Shown: positions 35,762 to 45,849 of the stretch, one piece after another | How the letters are laid out: every line of letters starts with the position of its first letter | How positions within the stretch are numbered: position 1 is the first letter of the stretch | Origin: an uncultured virus (IMG/VR IMGVR_UViG_3300031998_000049) | Taxonomy: Duplodnaviria > Heunggongvirae > Uroviricota > Caudoviricetes | Reading direction: 5' to 3' (one strand) | IMG/VR virus record: IMGVR_UViG_3300031998_000049 | DNA: 64,000 bases | Position numbers and translations under genes: made by a program | Notes under the pieces: generated by a model | The model's input: the letters and a program-made list of their open reading frames with translations, nothing else | Databases searched by the model: none | What the model was told of the DNA's origin: nothing

Positions 35762-36171
35762 CAGTTCTTGACATTATCCACCCAAAGATTCGTCCCCCAG
35801 TTGTATGTGGTCATCTTGACCACCGTGACGCGGAAGGTGTGTACCGCATCAGTCATCAGGAGGACCGTCCCGGTAGGAATGTCAGTCAAGAGCATCGGGC
35901 ATGAAACCTTGTAATCCGCGACAATCACCTCACCGCTCGTCTTCATACCCCCCGTTGATGTCCTATACCCCCAGGGTACGGTGGTGACATCCTTGGTCTT
36001 GAACTGCCCGGCTGCGTTGCGGATGGGATTCCAGCGTCCGTCATAGACGACCTGCTTTATGGTCATCGAAGACACAACAGGTATCCCATTCTCGTCCGTA
36101 ACCGGAGCGCCGTTCTCGTCCAGGCTCTCGCCAGCCACGACGAAGGTATAGGGCCATCTGGGGTTATACAT
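35761..36171 (-). CDS. head closure protein (putative)
   Basis: MYNPRWP start, coupled to neighbours. Confidence 0.55.
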   Translation of the reverse strand: MYNPRWPYTFVVAGESLDENGAPVTDENGIPVVSSMTIKQVVYDGRWNPIRNAAGQFKTKDVTTVPWGYRTSTGGMKTSGEVIVADYKVSCPMLLTDIPTGTVLLMTDAVHTFRVTVVKMTTYNWGTNLWVDNVKN

Positions 36172-36545
36172 CAGTAGAGCGATTTCATGGTGATCTTCGG
36201 GCGCGGATCGGTGAACGGTTCTCCCCACTTGGCGTAGAGGTCACGAGCCATCTGCATCAAAGCATCCCGGCTAATGACATTCTTGATTGCCACATAGTGA
36301 GTCCAACCACCATCTGCTTCTCCCTGCGTTCCCGACTTGGTGGAAGAAACGGCAGCCGCAACATAACAATCCGCAAGACACAGGTCGCGTGTTCTCTCCG
36401 AGGTTGCGGACACCTTCTGATCATCGTCGTCAACACCCCTACCAAGGAGCGTTGCGTAGATGAAGTCATCGGAGAAATCCATATAGGGGTCGCACTTGGA
36501 ACGAAGCCAAGCCACCATCGTCATGTTATTTGCGATACTTGCCAT
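36171..36545 (-). CDS. head-tail adaptor (putative)
   Basis: RDLCLAD.Y...DGGWTH; follows MCP. Confidence 0.55.
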   Translation of the reverse strand: MASIANNMTMVAWLRSKCDPYMDFSDDFIYATLLGRGVDDDDQKVSATSERTRDLCLADCYVAAAVSSTKSGTQGEADGGWTHYVAIKNVISRDALMQMARDLYAKWGEPFTDPRPKITMKSLY

Positions 36546-36582
36546 TTCTTCCGTCGGTTTTCACTAACTCGTTTTCAAAGAA

Positions 36583-37749
36583 CTAAGCGTTCGGGAAGAG
36601 ATACCACATGTACTGCGGCATGGTCGGAATGACCAGGGAGGTCATCTCGGTGTAGATGCCCTGGAACTTGGTCACAGCGTCCACATCCACGGTCATGAGC
36701 AGCTTCCCGCCGTAGAACTGGGAGTAGTCACCGCCAGCGATGGCGATAGGCTCCACGGTCTGAACGGTGCCGATCGTGCCGTCCGGTACGAACACCCAGA
36801 CATCCTTGTTGAAGGCGTTGGTGTTGGCAGCGACGAGCGCCTTGTTCGCCTTGTCGAAGCTCTCGATGGCGACGAGCGAGTCGATCGCCTTGATCGGAGC
36901 GCCGATAAGACCCTCAAGTTCGGCAAGCCGAACATCGTAATTCCGGGAACGCGCGAAAGCGATCTGCGCGGTGGAATCCGAAGCGGGCAGCAGAGAGATG
37001 CCGATCTGCGCGAGGACCTTGCTGTGGGCAAGGCACTCCTTGAGGTAGTCGATCTCAACCTCGAAGTGGCCACGGATGCCAGCGTAGCGAGCCTTCGCCA
37101 CGATGTCGCTGAGGTCCTTCACGGGGTCGGAGTCGGCACCCTCGTTCGCGGTGGTGTGGGTGCTGGAAGTCCACCAACGGGCCGTGCTGGTCAGCGTGGT
37201 CTTGTTGGCGGCAGGCACATGGTAGTCAAGGGTGACATCCTTGATACCCTTCGGGTTGTTCGCGGCAGAGATGGTGAACTTACCGGCAGAGACGGCCTGG
37301 TGGCGCTGGTAGGTCAGGGCGTTGGTGTGACCACCGATGAGCTTGTCCACGGTGATGAACAGGTTACGGTAGGCAGCGGCCTGAACCGCCTCGGCAGAGA
37401 TGTCACGGCGACGCTCGATCTTGCGCATCTTGCGAATCTTGTCCTCGTTGAAGAACTCGACCTTCTTCATACGAGGAATCTTGCCGGTGTACTCCTTACC
37501 ACCGCGAGTTCCGTCGGGCAGAGCCGGGGAATCGACATCGTAGTATTGAGCGACCGGGTTGATGGCGAGTTCGGTCACGGTCTGGGTGTACGCGAAGTCA
37601 TCCAGCATAAACGGGTCGAAAGCGAAACCGTCGAGCTGGAGCTTGTTGTACTTCAAGGCCATCGTGTTGTCCAGGAAGTCCTGAAGGGTCTGCCCACCAA
37701 CGAGTGCGCGGGAGAGCAGATCATAGAATTGAATCTGATAGGTATCCAT
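36583..37749 (-). CDS. major capsid protein
   Basis: 388 aa, strongest codon bias, G.IPRMK and DPVKDL motifs of lambda gpE-like capsids. Confidence 0.8.
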   Translation of the reverse strand: MDTYQIQFYDLLSRALVGGQTLQDFLDNTMALKYNKLQLDGFAFDPFMLDDFAYTQTVTELAINPVAQYYDVDSPALPDGTRGGKEYTGKIPRMKKVEFFNEDKIRKMRKIERRRDISAEAVQAAAYRNLFITVDKLIGGHTNALTYQRHQAVSAGKFTISAANNPKGIKDVTLDYHVPAANKTTLTSTARWWTSSTHTTANEGADSDPVKDLSDIVAKARYAGIRGHFEVEIDYLKECLAHSKVLAQIGISLLPASDSTAQIAFARSRNYDVRLAELEGLIGAPIKAIDSLVAIESFDKANKALVAANTNAFNKDVWVFVPDGTIGTVQTVEPIAIAGGDYSQFYGGKLLMTVDVDAVTKFQGIYTEMTSLVIPTMPQYMWYLFPNA

Positions 37750-37772
37750 AGTGATTTCTCTTTTTTGCGGGA

Positions 37773-38489
37773 TTACACTTCAACCTGGAGAACACCCGGT
37801 ACGGCCTTCTGCATCTGGGCCTTCACAGCAGCGCTGGAGGTCATATCGACGAGCAGACCATACTTGTGGAACTGGACGACAGCACCAGTGGCGGCGATGG
37901 TCTTGGCGCTCTTGGCGGCGGCGGAGTCATCGAGGTTGCCGAGGTAGATGTCGTTGTAGAGGTACGCATTGGGCTGCACCTTGAGAGACTTGCTCGAACC
38001 AGCAGACTCGGCGGAGGAGAGGGCGAGGACATCGCCAGCACTCACGGAGTCGACGGTGGCAGAGTGGAGGACGGTCACGGCATAGTTGCCAGCGTTCTGA
38101 CCCTCTTCGATGAGAGCGATGGAGGCGACGGCTGCGGCCTTGCCGGTGGCGGCAAAGGTGGAACCGACCTTCATGATCTTGTCATCGACGGCGGGAAGCA
38201 TGGTGACATTGCCGAGAACAGCGGGCTTGATGACGATGGTATCCACCGTCTCGGAGCCAGAAGCACCGGTGAAGGAAACGACCTCCCAGCCGACGAACGG
38301 GGTGATCACCTTGTTGGCGTACTTGATTGGAGAACCGGCACCGATCAGGATGCCCTTCTTCAAGAAGTCGCTTGCAAGGTTGCCGCCCACGGGAACGGGA
38401 GAGACATTACCCAGCCACACGGGAACATGGCTCTGTCCGATTTCAAGGGACTCGGAGCCATAGGCGTTGAATGAGCTGAAAGTAGGCAT
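37773..38489 (-). CDS. head decoration protein (putative)
   Basis: Between scaffold and MCP; PNAYLYND motif. Confidence 0.6.
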   Translation of the reverse strand: MPTFSSFNAYGSESLEIGQSHVPVWLGNVSPVPVGGNLASDFLKKGILIGAGSPIKYANKVITPFVGWEVVSFTGASGSETVDTIVIKPAVLGNVTMLPAVDDKIMKVGSTFAATGKAAAVASIALIEEGQNAGNYAVTVLHSATVDSVSAGDVLALSSAESAGSSKSLKVQPNAYLYNDIYLGNLDDSAAAKSAKTIAATGAVVQFHKYGLLVDMTSSAAVKAQMQKAVPGVLQVEV

Positions 38490-38511
38490 TGCTGTTTGTT
38501 TTTAAAAGGGT

Positions 38512-39174
38512 TTACTCGTTTGCCGGGAGAAGCCCTTCCTGACGCAGAATGTCGTTCATCTTGTTGATGTTGGCTTTCGGGTCGGGATTGAAGTTTCCGC
38601 TTCCGAACCCAGGCTGAGGGCCATCGCCGAAAATCTCCTTGTAAGAGTTGTTGTACTCCTCCTGGAGTCTCGTCGCGGCAGCATCCACATCTTCGTCCTT
38701 TCCGAGCGCGAAGCCCTTGAGGACCCCCTTGAGGATTCCGGCATTGACACACCCGGCGGCTTTGAGTTTCGCTTCAACAGCCTGGAGGTTCGCCGCTGCT
38801 TTCTTGGCGTTGTCTTCCGCCTCGAAACGCGCTGCAATCGCCTCGTTCTGTTCGCGTAACCGCTTCGCCCACGCGGGTTCGTCGTCGTCAGCCTTGGTGT
38901 CAGGATCGGTCTTCCCCGGATCGGTGTCCGGGTGCTTCTCCTTGTAGCTGTTCAGTTCCTTGGCCTTATCGTGGTACTTGTTCTTCCACGAATCGACCTG
39001 GCCCTGAATGGTTTTGAGGAGGTTCTTAACATTGTCCCCGCTTACAGCAGTTGCAATCTCGGATTCCTCGGTGACAGTTTTCTCCAGCAGAGAGGCTACC
39101 CCGTCAAAAGCCTCATCACTCAACCCCAGCTTCGCGTAAGCAGTTTTGAGTTCTGCAATGATTTTTTCTTTCAT
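38512..39174 (-). CDS. capsid scaffold protein (putative)
   Basis: Charged helical protein with DEPAWAK motif upstream of capsid genes. Confidence 0.65.
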   Translation of the reverse strand: MKEKIIAELKTAYAKLGLSDEAFDGVASLLEKTVTEESEIATAVSGDNVKNLLKTIQGQVDSWKNKYHDKAKELNSYKEKHPDTDPGKTDPDTKADDDEPAWAKRLREQNEAIAARFEAEDNAKKAAANLQAVEAKLKAAGCVNAGILKGVLKGFALGKDEDVDAAATRLQEEYNNSYKEIFGDGPQPGFGSGNFNPDPKANINKMNDILRQEGLLPANE

Positions 39175-39294
39175 TTCAATGATCGTATTTGGGTTATACA
39201 AAAAGCCCGAAGCGCAAATCCGTATCTGGACTTGTACTCCGGGCCGATGGTTCGCGCAGGAACGCTGATAGCCGCTATGGTACGCTATGGTACG

Positions 39295-39486
39295 CTAACT
39301 ATTTTCTTCTTCGATGATGTTCTGGCGCTTGCACTTGGTGCATTTAACCTCAAGCGTCACCTTGCCGTGCAAGGCTTTCACATCAACCATTAGCCGACTG
39401 CCGCAATATCGGCAGTAGCGCTTTTCTGTATTCTTTTCTCCTTCCACACGGGCAAAAATAAAAAGAGGTTGTTTCAAGTGCAACAA
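39295..39486 (-). CDS. Com-like zinc-ribbon protein (start uncertain)
   Basis: YCRYCGSRL...LEVKCTKCKRQNII. Confidence 0.55.
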   Translation of the reverse strand: MLHLKQPLFIFARVEGEKNTEKRYCRYCGSRLMVDVKALHGKVTLEVKCTKCKRQNIIEEENS

Positions 39487-39527
39487 AAAGTTTCACTTAA
39501 AATAACATTTTTGCATTTTTGCCGCAA

Positions 39528-42296
39528 ATGACGGTGCAACCTCATAACGAAGCGAACATATTTGATCCCGTGTTCCTTGAATATGGGGAGGAGGTCTATA
39601 CTTATGAGTATGCCGAGAAGATCAGGATGGAGAATCTTGACCTCAAGCGGAAAGGTAAGCGCCTCTACAACATCATCCCCCAGGCCGGTTTCCAGGAAAA
39701 GGTTCTGACGAGCCAGGCGGACATCGTGATATGCGGCGGTTCGCGCGGCTCTGGTAAGGTTCTTCCGAACGACACGGATATTGTTACGCCCTTCGGCTAT
39801 CGAAAGAATGGCGATCTAAAAGTAGGCAGCATTCTTATCGACCCCTGCACTGGAGGATTCGAGAAAGTCATCCAGATTTTTGAGCATCCCAACCACGATT
39901 TCTATGAGATAACCTTCGATGATGGTTCAACCATCGAATGTGGGCTTGAACATCTTTGGAAGGTAAGGGAAACCGGACATTCGCATAAAACAAGAAAGAT
40001 CAATGGAACCGGAATAGAGGCTGATTGGCGCATCTGGGATTTTTCGATGATAAAGAAATGGCTTGACGAACAAGCAACCGGGAAACACTATGATCGCGGC
40101 ACTAAACACTATCTGGTAATCCCTTTGACTGAACCGGTCAAATTCACAAAATCAAGCCCGGCTATGGCGAAGCGAGCAGCATTCGACCCATATATTATTG
40201 GAGCGCTAATAGGAGACGGATACTTGCCCGATGGGAAAGAAACCCAGGTTAAGCTCACATCTGCCGATGAAGAGATAGTGAACCAATTCCGGGGTGCCGG
40301 ATTTGATATGTCGCACCAATACAAGGACCCGCGCAGCAATGCAACGGAGTACAGAATCCCAGCCGCGCAGATTCGTGAACCGCTTCGTGTATTGGGCCTT
40401 TTGGGGTGCAAAAGCGAGAATAAGTTTATTCCGACCTGTTATAAATGGGGGACAATAGAAGATCGCTTTGCCTTAATCCAGGGGTTGATGGACACTGATG
40501 GATTCGTATCAGAAGACGGACACGATATTTTGTTCAACACCGCGAGCGAAAAACTCGCGGATGACATGCGCTTTGTCCTCGAATCTCTTGGCGCAAATGT
40601 AAAGATCACCAAGAAGAACAAAGGGTATAAGAAAGATGGGGAATACATTCCCTGCAAGGATACCTTTGAACTTCGCTGCAAAATTAGAAATGCAGAAAGA
40701 CTTTTCCGGCTTTCGAGGAAGAAAGATAGATGCAAGCCTTTTAATGGAGGTGTATCAGAGGTGTGTCGCAGGATTGTGTCTTACAGGTATGTCGGGAAAA
40801 AGGACGGGCGCTGTATTACGGTCGATAGCCCTAATGCACTCTATATGGCAAAGGATTTTGTCGTCACGCATAATACCGCAGTCAGCCTCATCGGTTCTTT
40901 CTACTATGCAGACAATCCGGATGTGAACATGTACGGATTCCGCCGCCTTGAGGCTGATGTCAAGCGAGGTATCTGGAAGTCCTGCAAGCCGCTGTTCCGT
41001 GGCTTCGCATCCTTCGCAGACACCTCGTTCGAGGCAAAGTTCTACAACGGCAACGGCGCAACGATGAAGATGGAACACCTCGCCGACCTCAAGCAAGTGA
41101 AAGACCGATTCCGTGGTGCCGAGATGCCCTACATCGTGATCGAGGAGCTTGCGGAGTTCACGAAGGAAAACCTCAATGTCATCTTCGACCTGATGGGTTC
41201 CAACCGATCCACCACAGGACTCCCCTCCCGTTTCATCTGCACCTGCAACCCGGTCGGCAAGTCGAACGCCCTGCGGCATTTCGTGAGTTGGTGGATAGAC
41301 CCGGAAACGGACGAGGCTATCCCGGAGCGCTCCGGCGTACTGCGGTACTTCTGCCGCTATGGTGAAGACATCACCGAGATAGCTTGGGGCGACACTCCGG
41401 AGGAGGTTTATGAGAATCCGAATGCACACAACAAGATTTGCACCCTCACCGACAACCCTGACGAGGAGTACAAGAATTTCATTACCTCGCTAACCTTCAT
41501 CGACGGCGACTACTCCGAGAATGCCATCCTCCATGTGTCCGACCCGAAGTATATGAACCGCATCTCCTCTGGCGGCTCCCGCTCGACCATCAACGACATC
41601 AAGGGCGTCTGGAGGGATGTTGATGATAGCGGCGCCCTCGTCACCGCAAACGACATGCACAACTTCTTCCAGTGCGCCCCGCTCGTGAACGGAACGCGCG
41701 TTGGCGGCGGCGACATCGCCCTCCGCGACGACTGGCTCGTGCTTTGGGCTATGGATGGTTGGCATATCATAGATGTCGATGCCGCGAGGTGGCTCACCTC
41801 CGAAGATGTCATTCCGAGGATCAAGGCGTTCCTGCGCCGGAACAATATCCCGGACGAGAACTTCGCTTTCGATGTCAACGGCATCGGGAACTGGGTCAAG
41901 CAGTCCGAGGATATGCGCAACTGCTTCGCGTTCGACAACAAGGCACCGGCAAGGGACAAGACACAATACACCACGCGCAAGTCAGAGTGCGCGGGAATCC
42001 TTATAGAAAAGCTCCAGACAGGGCAAATGTCCATTGACGAAGCCGTACTCCGGAAGACCTTCTCCGAGAAGAAACTTCCGTTCACGATAGAAGACCGGCT
42101 GATGCAGGAACGGCTCGTCCTCAAGTGGAAAGAGGACGAGAACCCGCGCTCGCTGATCAAGAAGACCGATATGAAAAACATTATCGGCCACTCTCCGGAC
42201 TTCATTGAGTCGCTGATCTACTGCGTTGACCGCGCAGACGCAGCCAAGACCGCGAAGAAGATTAGGCGCGGCGACTGGGGCTGTTTTAATAGTTAA
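39528..42296 (+). CDS. terL: terminase large subunit with intein
   Basis: PQAGFQ, GGSRGSGK/T Walker A, IVIEEL Walker B, TCNP motif III, SPDFIES nuclease end. Confidence 0.92.
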   Translation: MTVQPHNEANIFDPVFLEYGEEVYTYEYAEKIRMENLDLKRKGKRLYNIIPQAGFQEKVLTSQADIVICGGSRGSGKVLPNDTDIVTPFGYRKNGDLKVGSILIDPCTGGFEKVIQIFEHPNHDFYEITFDDGSTIECGLEHLWKVRETGHSHKTRKINGTGIEADWRIWDFSMIKKWLDEQATGKHYDRGTKHYLVIPLTEPVKFTKSSPAMAKRAAFDPYIIGALIGDGYLPDGKETQVKLTSADEEIVNQFRGAGFDMSHQYKDPRSNATEYRIPAAQIREPLRVLGLLGCKSENKFIPTCYKWGTIEDRFALIQGLMDTDGFVSEDGHDILFNTASEKLADDMRFVLESLGANVKITKKNKGYKKDGEYIPCKDTFELRCKIRNAERLFRLSRKKDRCKPFNGGVSEVCRRIVSYRYVGKKDGRCITVDSPNALYMAKDFVVTHNTAVSLIGSFYYADNPDVNMYGFRRLEADVKRGIWKSCKPLFRGFASFADTSFEAKFYNGNGATMKMEHLADLKQVKDRFRGAEMPYIVIEELAEFTKENLNVIFDLMGSNRSTTGLPSRFICTCNPVGKSNALRHFVSWWIDPETDEAIPERSGVLRYFCRYGEDITEIAWGDTPEEVYENPNAHNKICTLTDNPDEEYKNFITSLTFIDGDYSENAILHVSDPKYMNRISSGGSRSTINDIKGVWRDVDDSGALVTANDMHNFFQCAPLVNGTRVGGGDIALRDDWLVLWAMDGWHIIDVDAARWLTSEDVIPRIKAFLRRNNIPDENFAFDVNGIGNWVKQSEDMRNCFAFDNKAPARDKTQYTTRKSECAGILIEKLQTGQMSIDEAVLRKTFSEKKLPFTIEDRLMQERLVLKWKEDENPRSLIKKTDMKNIIGHSPDFIESLIYCVDRADAAKTAKKIRRGDWGCFNS
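39759..40874 (+). mobile_element. class 3 intein with LAGLIDADG homing endonuclease (372 aa)
   Basis: VLPNDTDIVTP start, EHLW block B, IGALIGDG and LIQGLMDTDG, RCITVD block F, VVTHN/T end. Confidence 0.9.
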
Positions 42297-42315
42297 CCGC
42301 CAAAAATACAACGAT

Positions 42316-43818
42316 ATGAGACTTACACCATCCATCGAGACGATGAAACCCGACCAAATCGTTAAGAAGAAGCCGTTCTCTTTCATCATCCCCAGCGAAA
42401 AATCCTCCATAGGGAAGAATCTCGTCAAGCCGGGGCAGACCATTACGCTCCCTACCGATGTGCTGAATTTCGAGATGAAATCCCAGGCAGACTTCCTGCG
42501 CGAGTTCTACCCGTCCTCGCATTCCATCAACAGCATCTTATACTATCCGAATACGATGTTCCTGAACAAGAAGTCCGGGGCATACCAGGCCAAGGTCCGT
42601 TCTCGCATCTCCATCGGATTCCAGAACCGCATCCTCATCAAGAGGAAAGAATCGCTGCTCGGCAACAATGTCGGAATGCGGCTCATTTCCAATGCCACGA
42701 ACCAGAAGATGATCGACACTCTCTCCTTCTTCCGCGAGGGTTGGGAGGACAAGGATATGGAGGTGGCCATCGACAAGGCAATCGAGGCGGTGTTCAAGTC
42801 GGGAGATGCTGCCGTCTATGTCTTTATGGAGGAACAGAAGGTGAAGTGGCGCGTGTTCTCATACTCGGACGGCGATGTCCTCTACCCTCACTATGACACG
42901 CTCACCGGAGAAATGACGCTGCTGGGCAGAGCATACAAGCAAGAGGATTGGGATGGGGAATCCGCGATATATCTTGATGTCATTGACAAGACATCATTCG
43001 CAACCTACAAGCAGGGAAACGACGGGTCTTGGGTTCTTGAGGGCAAGATCGAGAAGCACGGATTCCCGATGATCCCGGTCGCATATTTCCGTCAGGACGA
43101 CGGCGCCGTGTGGTCTTTCTCCCAGAGTCTCATCGAGGGTTACGAACTTGCCATCTCGCAGTTCTCCGAGAACAATGCGGCCTATGCGCTTCGTATCCTC
43201 TACACCCTCGGCGGCGAGTTGGAAGTCCTAACCAACACCGACGGCACACCGAACCGCATCGACTCCCCCGACCCCAACGCAAAGGTTGGATTCCTGGAAC
43301 CCGCCCAGGGTGCGGACGGCGCATTCGCGGCGCAGCTCGCCATCATGGAGAAGAACATCATGCGCTGCTCGTTTGCGGTTGAAACGCCGGAAATCAAGTC
43401 CGGTGCGGATATGTCTTCCCGCACCGTGAAGATGCTCTTCGCCGACTCCTATGTCAAAGCGCTCTCCGATTCCCTGGATTTCCAGCCGCTCATCAACCAG
43501 ATCGCGGCGCTCTTCAAGCATGCCTACTTCACCGAAAGGGGCAAGACGAGCGAGGCCGAGGGATTCAAGATCAAGACCTACCTCGACCCGTTCATCTTCC
43601 TCTCCGAGAACGATGTCATTTCGGCGATCCAAATGCTCGTAGCCTGCGGATGTATGTCCCGCAAGACCGCAACGGAACTCGCCTACAACATCGGCTACTC
43701 CTCGCCCGACGAAATCAACCGCATCACCCAGGAGGCACACGACGAACTCGTTGCCCAGCAGCAGGCGCAGGCAAGCCAGCCGAGGAAGAACCCAGTTGCA
43801 GATTCTCGTAACAAGTAA
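42316..43818 (+). CDS. portal protein
   Basis: ~500 aa after TerL; HGF..IPVAY, SPP1-like layout. Confidence 0.8.
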   Translation: MRLTPSIETMKPDQIVKKKPFSFIIPSEKSSIGKNLVKPGQTITLPTDVLNFEMKSQADFLREFYPSSHSINSILYYPNTMFLNKKSGAYQAKVRSRISIGFQNRILIKRKESLLGNNVGMRLISNATNQKMIDTLSFFREGWEDKDMEVAIDKAIEAVFKSGDAAVYVFMEEQKVKWRVFSYSDGDVLYPHYDTLTGEMTLLGRAYKQEDWDGESAIYLDVIDKTSFATYKQGNDGSWVLEGKIEKHGFPMIPVAYFRQDDGAVWSFSQSLIEGYELAISQFSENNAAYALRILYTLGGELEVLTNTDGTPNRIDSPDPNAKVGFLEPAQGADGAFAAQLAIMEKNIMRCSFAVETPEIKSGADMSSRTVKMLFADSYVKALSDSLDFQPLINQIAALFKHAYFTERGKTSEAEGFKIKTYLDPFIFLSENDVISAIQMLVACGCMSRKTATELAYNIGYSSPDEINRITQEAHDELVAQQQAQASQPRKNPVADSRNK

Positions 43819-44549
43819 TGACGAACAAGCAGCTCACCGACCAAGCGGCGGCCTATAAGAAAGACGCAAACGACCTCTTCGACAAGGCGGTCGCCGCCCT
43901 CATCGCGCTTGCTTTCCGTTACTCATATCTCGGCGCCAACTTCCTCTGGGATGCCGTCCCGGAACTCAATGATGAAGCGAACAGGATTCTACGAGACCTG
44001 TCCGACAACGCAGCAGAAAGGGCCAAAAACCGCGCGATGAATCTCATCCGCGATTCCGGATGGGACGGCGGCGATGATGCCTGGGAGGTGGCAGATGCAC
44101 ATACTGACGAGGACATCGTTACGCGATTCGATCAGCAAGGCTCTTTCCTCAAGGAACTCCTTGAAATATGGATCGCGCTCGCTTTCGTAAAGGGGATGAC
44201 GCAGAGCTATCTCAAGATAAGCGTACTGCGCTACATCCGAAACCCTTATCTCTCCCCTGCCTGGAAAGAACTTCCGCAGGGACTGCTCAAGTGGGGTCGC
44301 GGCTATCAGAAAGACCTCATCGCGCAGATTACGCTCATCGGCCAGGACGCAATCATCAGCACGGTGCGCTATGCAGAATGGAAAGCCGAGGAGGAGGGCG
44401 GTGCGTCTTACTACATCCGCCGTCGCGGTAGCGGATTCCTCTGCCCGCAATGCGACTCGGAGTGCGGCAAACCAATCCCCATCTCGGTCCCATTCTTGGA
44501 ATCACACCCTCGGTGTATGTGCTGGCCGGAATATCACCACGAAGACTAA
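43818..44549 (+). CDS. minor head protein (SPP1 gp7-like)
   Basis: RGSGFLCPQCD...HPRCMC C-terminus. Confidence 0.7.
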   Translation: MTNKQLTDQAAAYKKDANDLFDKAVAALIALAFRYSYLGANFLWDAVPELNDEANRILRDLSDNAAERAKNRAMNLIRDSGWDGGDDAWEVADAHTDEDIVTRFDQQGSFLKELLEIWIALAFVKGMTQSYLKISVLRYIRNPYLSPAWKELPQGLLKWGRGYQKDLIAQITLIGQDAIISTVRYAEWKAEEEGGASYYIRRRGSGFLCPQCDSECGKPIPISVPFLESHPRCMCWPEYHHED

Positions 44550-44576
44550 CAACACTATGCACGGTAACAAGAGATC

Positions 44577-44912
44577 ATGGACGAAATCTTCATTGAAACA
44601 AAGCCGCTTTCCGTCAACGATGCCTGGCAAGGTAGGCGCTTCAAGACGAACGAGTATAAGACCTATGAGCGCAAGATGCTTTGGCTTCTCCCACAAAGGA
44701 AACTACCGGAACCGCCATTTCGTATTTACTATGAATTTGGGTTCAGTAATCCGCTCGCGGACTATGACAACCCCTGCAAGCCGCTTGGCGACATCCTTCA
44801 AAAGAAATATGGCTTCAACGACAAACTGATCCACGAGGCGCACATCAAAAAGGTGATTGTCAAGAAAGGAAAAGAATACATCAAGGTCAGGATCGAACAT
44901 CTTGACGAATAA
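44577..44912 (+). CDS. rusA: RusA-like Holliday junction resolvase
   Basis: KPLSVN, DYDNPCKPL.D, NDKLI motifs. Confidence 0.8.
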   Translation: MDEIFIETKPLSVNDAWQGRRFKTNEYKTYERKMLWLLPQRKLPEPPFRIYYEFGFSNPLADYDNPCKPLGDILQKKYGFNDKLIHEAHIKKVIVKKGKEYIKVRIEHLDE

Positions 44913-44960
44913 TAACTCTCTAAACTACTTCTATCATGGGAAAAGCAAAAACCACAACCT

Positions 44961-45452
44961 ATGCAATCAAGGGAAACTCCGCAGCACGAATCAAACCTCC
45001 GCACATCGGCCCCAGACCGAGAATCGTCGAACTCACCGCAGCCAAACGGTCCACAGGGAAGAAGTAGGCTCATACTGATTCTTCGGAGGATAACAATGGC
45101 CGTGCAAGTGTTCCCGTTCATCTACACGGCCTTGTTTCTCGTCCTCTTCACGGTGTACTCTTTCTGCTCCGGCGCCTGGCTGGATGTCATAGACTATGTG
45201 TTTTTCGTATCTCCGATTGTGGTGCTTGCGCACCTTGTCTATTCGCGTATGCTGCTGATGTGTGCCTGGCATCGTGTCGCCTGCGCACTACCTATCATCC
45301 CACAATCGGTTGACCTATTCGACACATACATCTACCACTTTGAACACGGCGCCTGGGTTGTTATCACCATTACGCTCATACTAACGACGGCGATCTTCAT
45401 GGTTGCCATTTACAAGGTATTCTTCACCGAAAATGGAAGATTTGGTCGATAA
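44961..45452 (+). CDS. membrane protein
   Basis: 3-4 TM segments. Confidence 0.65.
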   Translation: MQSRETPQHESNLRTSAPDRESSNSPQPNGPQGRSRLILILRRITMAVQVFPFIYTALFLVLFTVYSFCSGAWLDVIDYVFFVSPIVVLAHLVYSRMLLMCAWHRVACALPIIPQSVDLFDTYIYHFEHGAWVVITITLILTTAIFMVAIYKVFFTENGRFGR

Positions 45453-45741
45453 GATACTCATAGCAACGCTAAGATTCTGGATCAAGAAAATCAAGCGTGG
45501 CGATTGCACCAGGGAGCAGCAGATGGCGGTCCTAAACGCCATCGAGTCTTCCGGCGGTGCGCTCGGCACGGTGGATGAAATCGCAGACTTCTTCGGCAAG
45601 TCCAAGGATGCCGTCAACGGAGTGATAAAGCGCAGATACACCGGGAAGCCAAGAAGGAATGTGGTCTTATACTCGTTCTCTAAATTCATCCGGATTGCCC
45701 CGAAAGGTTGGCGCATAGGAGGCGAACAACCAAGAGGTTAG
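45433..45741 (+). CDS. hypothetical protein, possible HTH
   Basis: TVDEIADFFGKSKDAVNGVI. Confidence 0.65.
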   Translation: MEDLVDKILIATLRFWIKKIKRGDCTREQQMAVLNAIESSGGALGTVDEIADFFGKSKDAVNGVIKRRYTGKPRRNVVLYSFSKFIRIAPKGWRIGGEQPRG

Positions 45742-45849
45742 GATTTTTTCGACCATCCATTCATCGCCAGAGGGCAGATAGTGAACTTTGTACCAGCGGC
45801 TCGCTTTGAGCCGTTGGTATTTTGTTTCACTTTTAATCTTATTCAAGCA

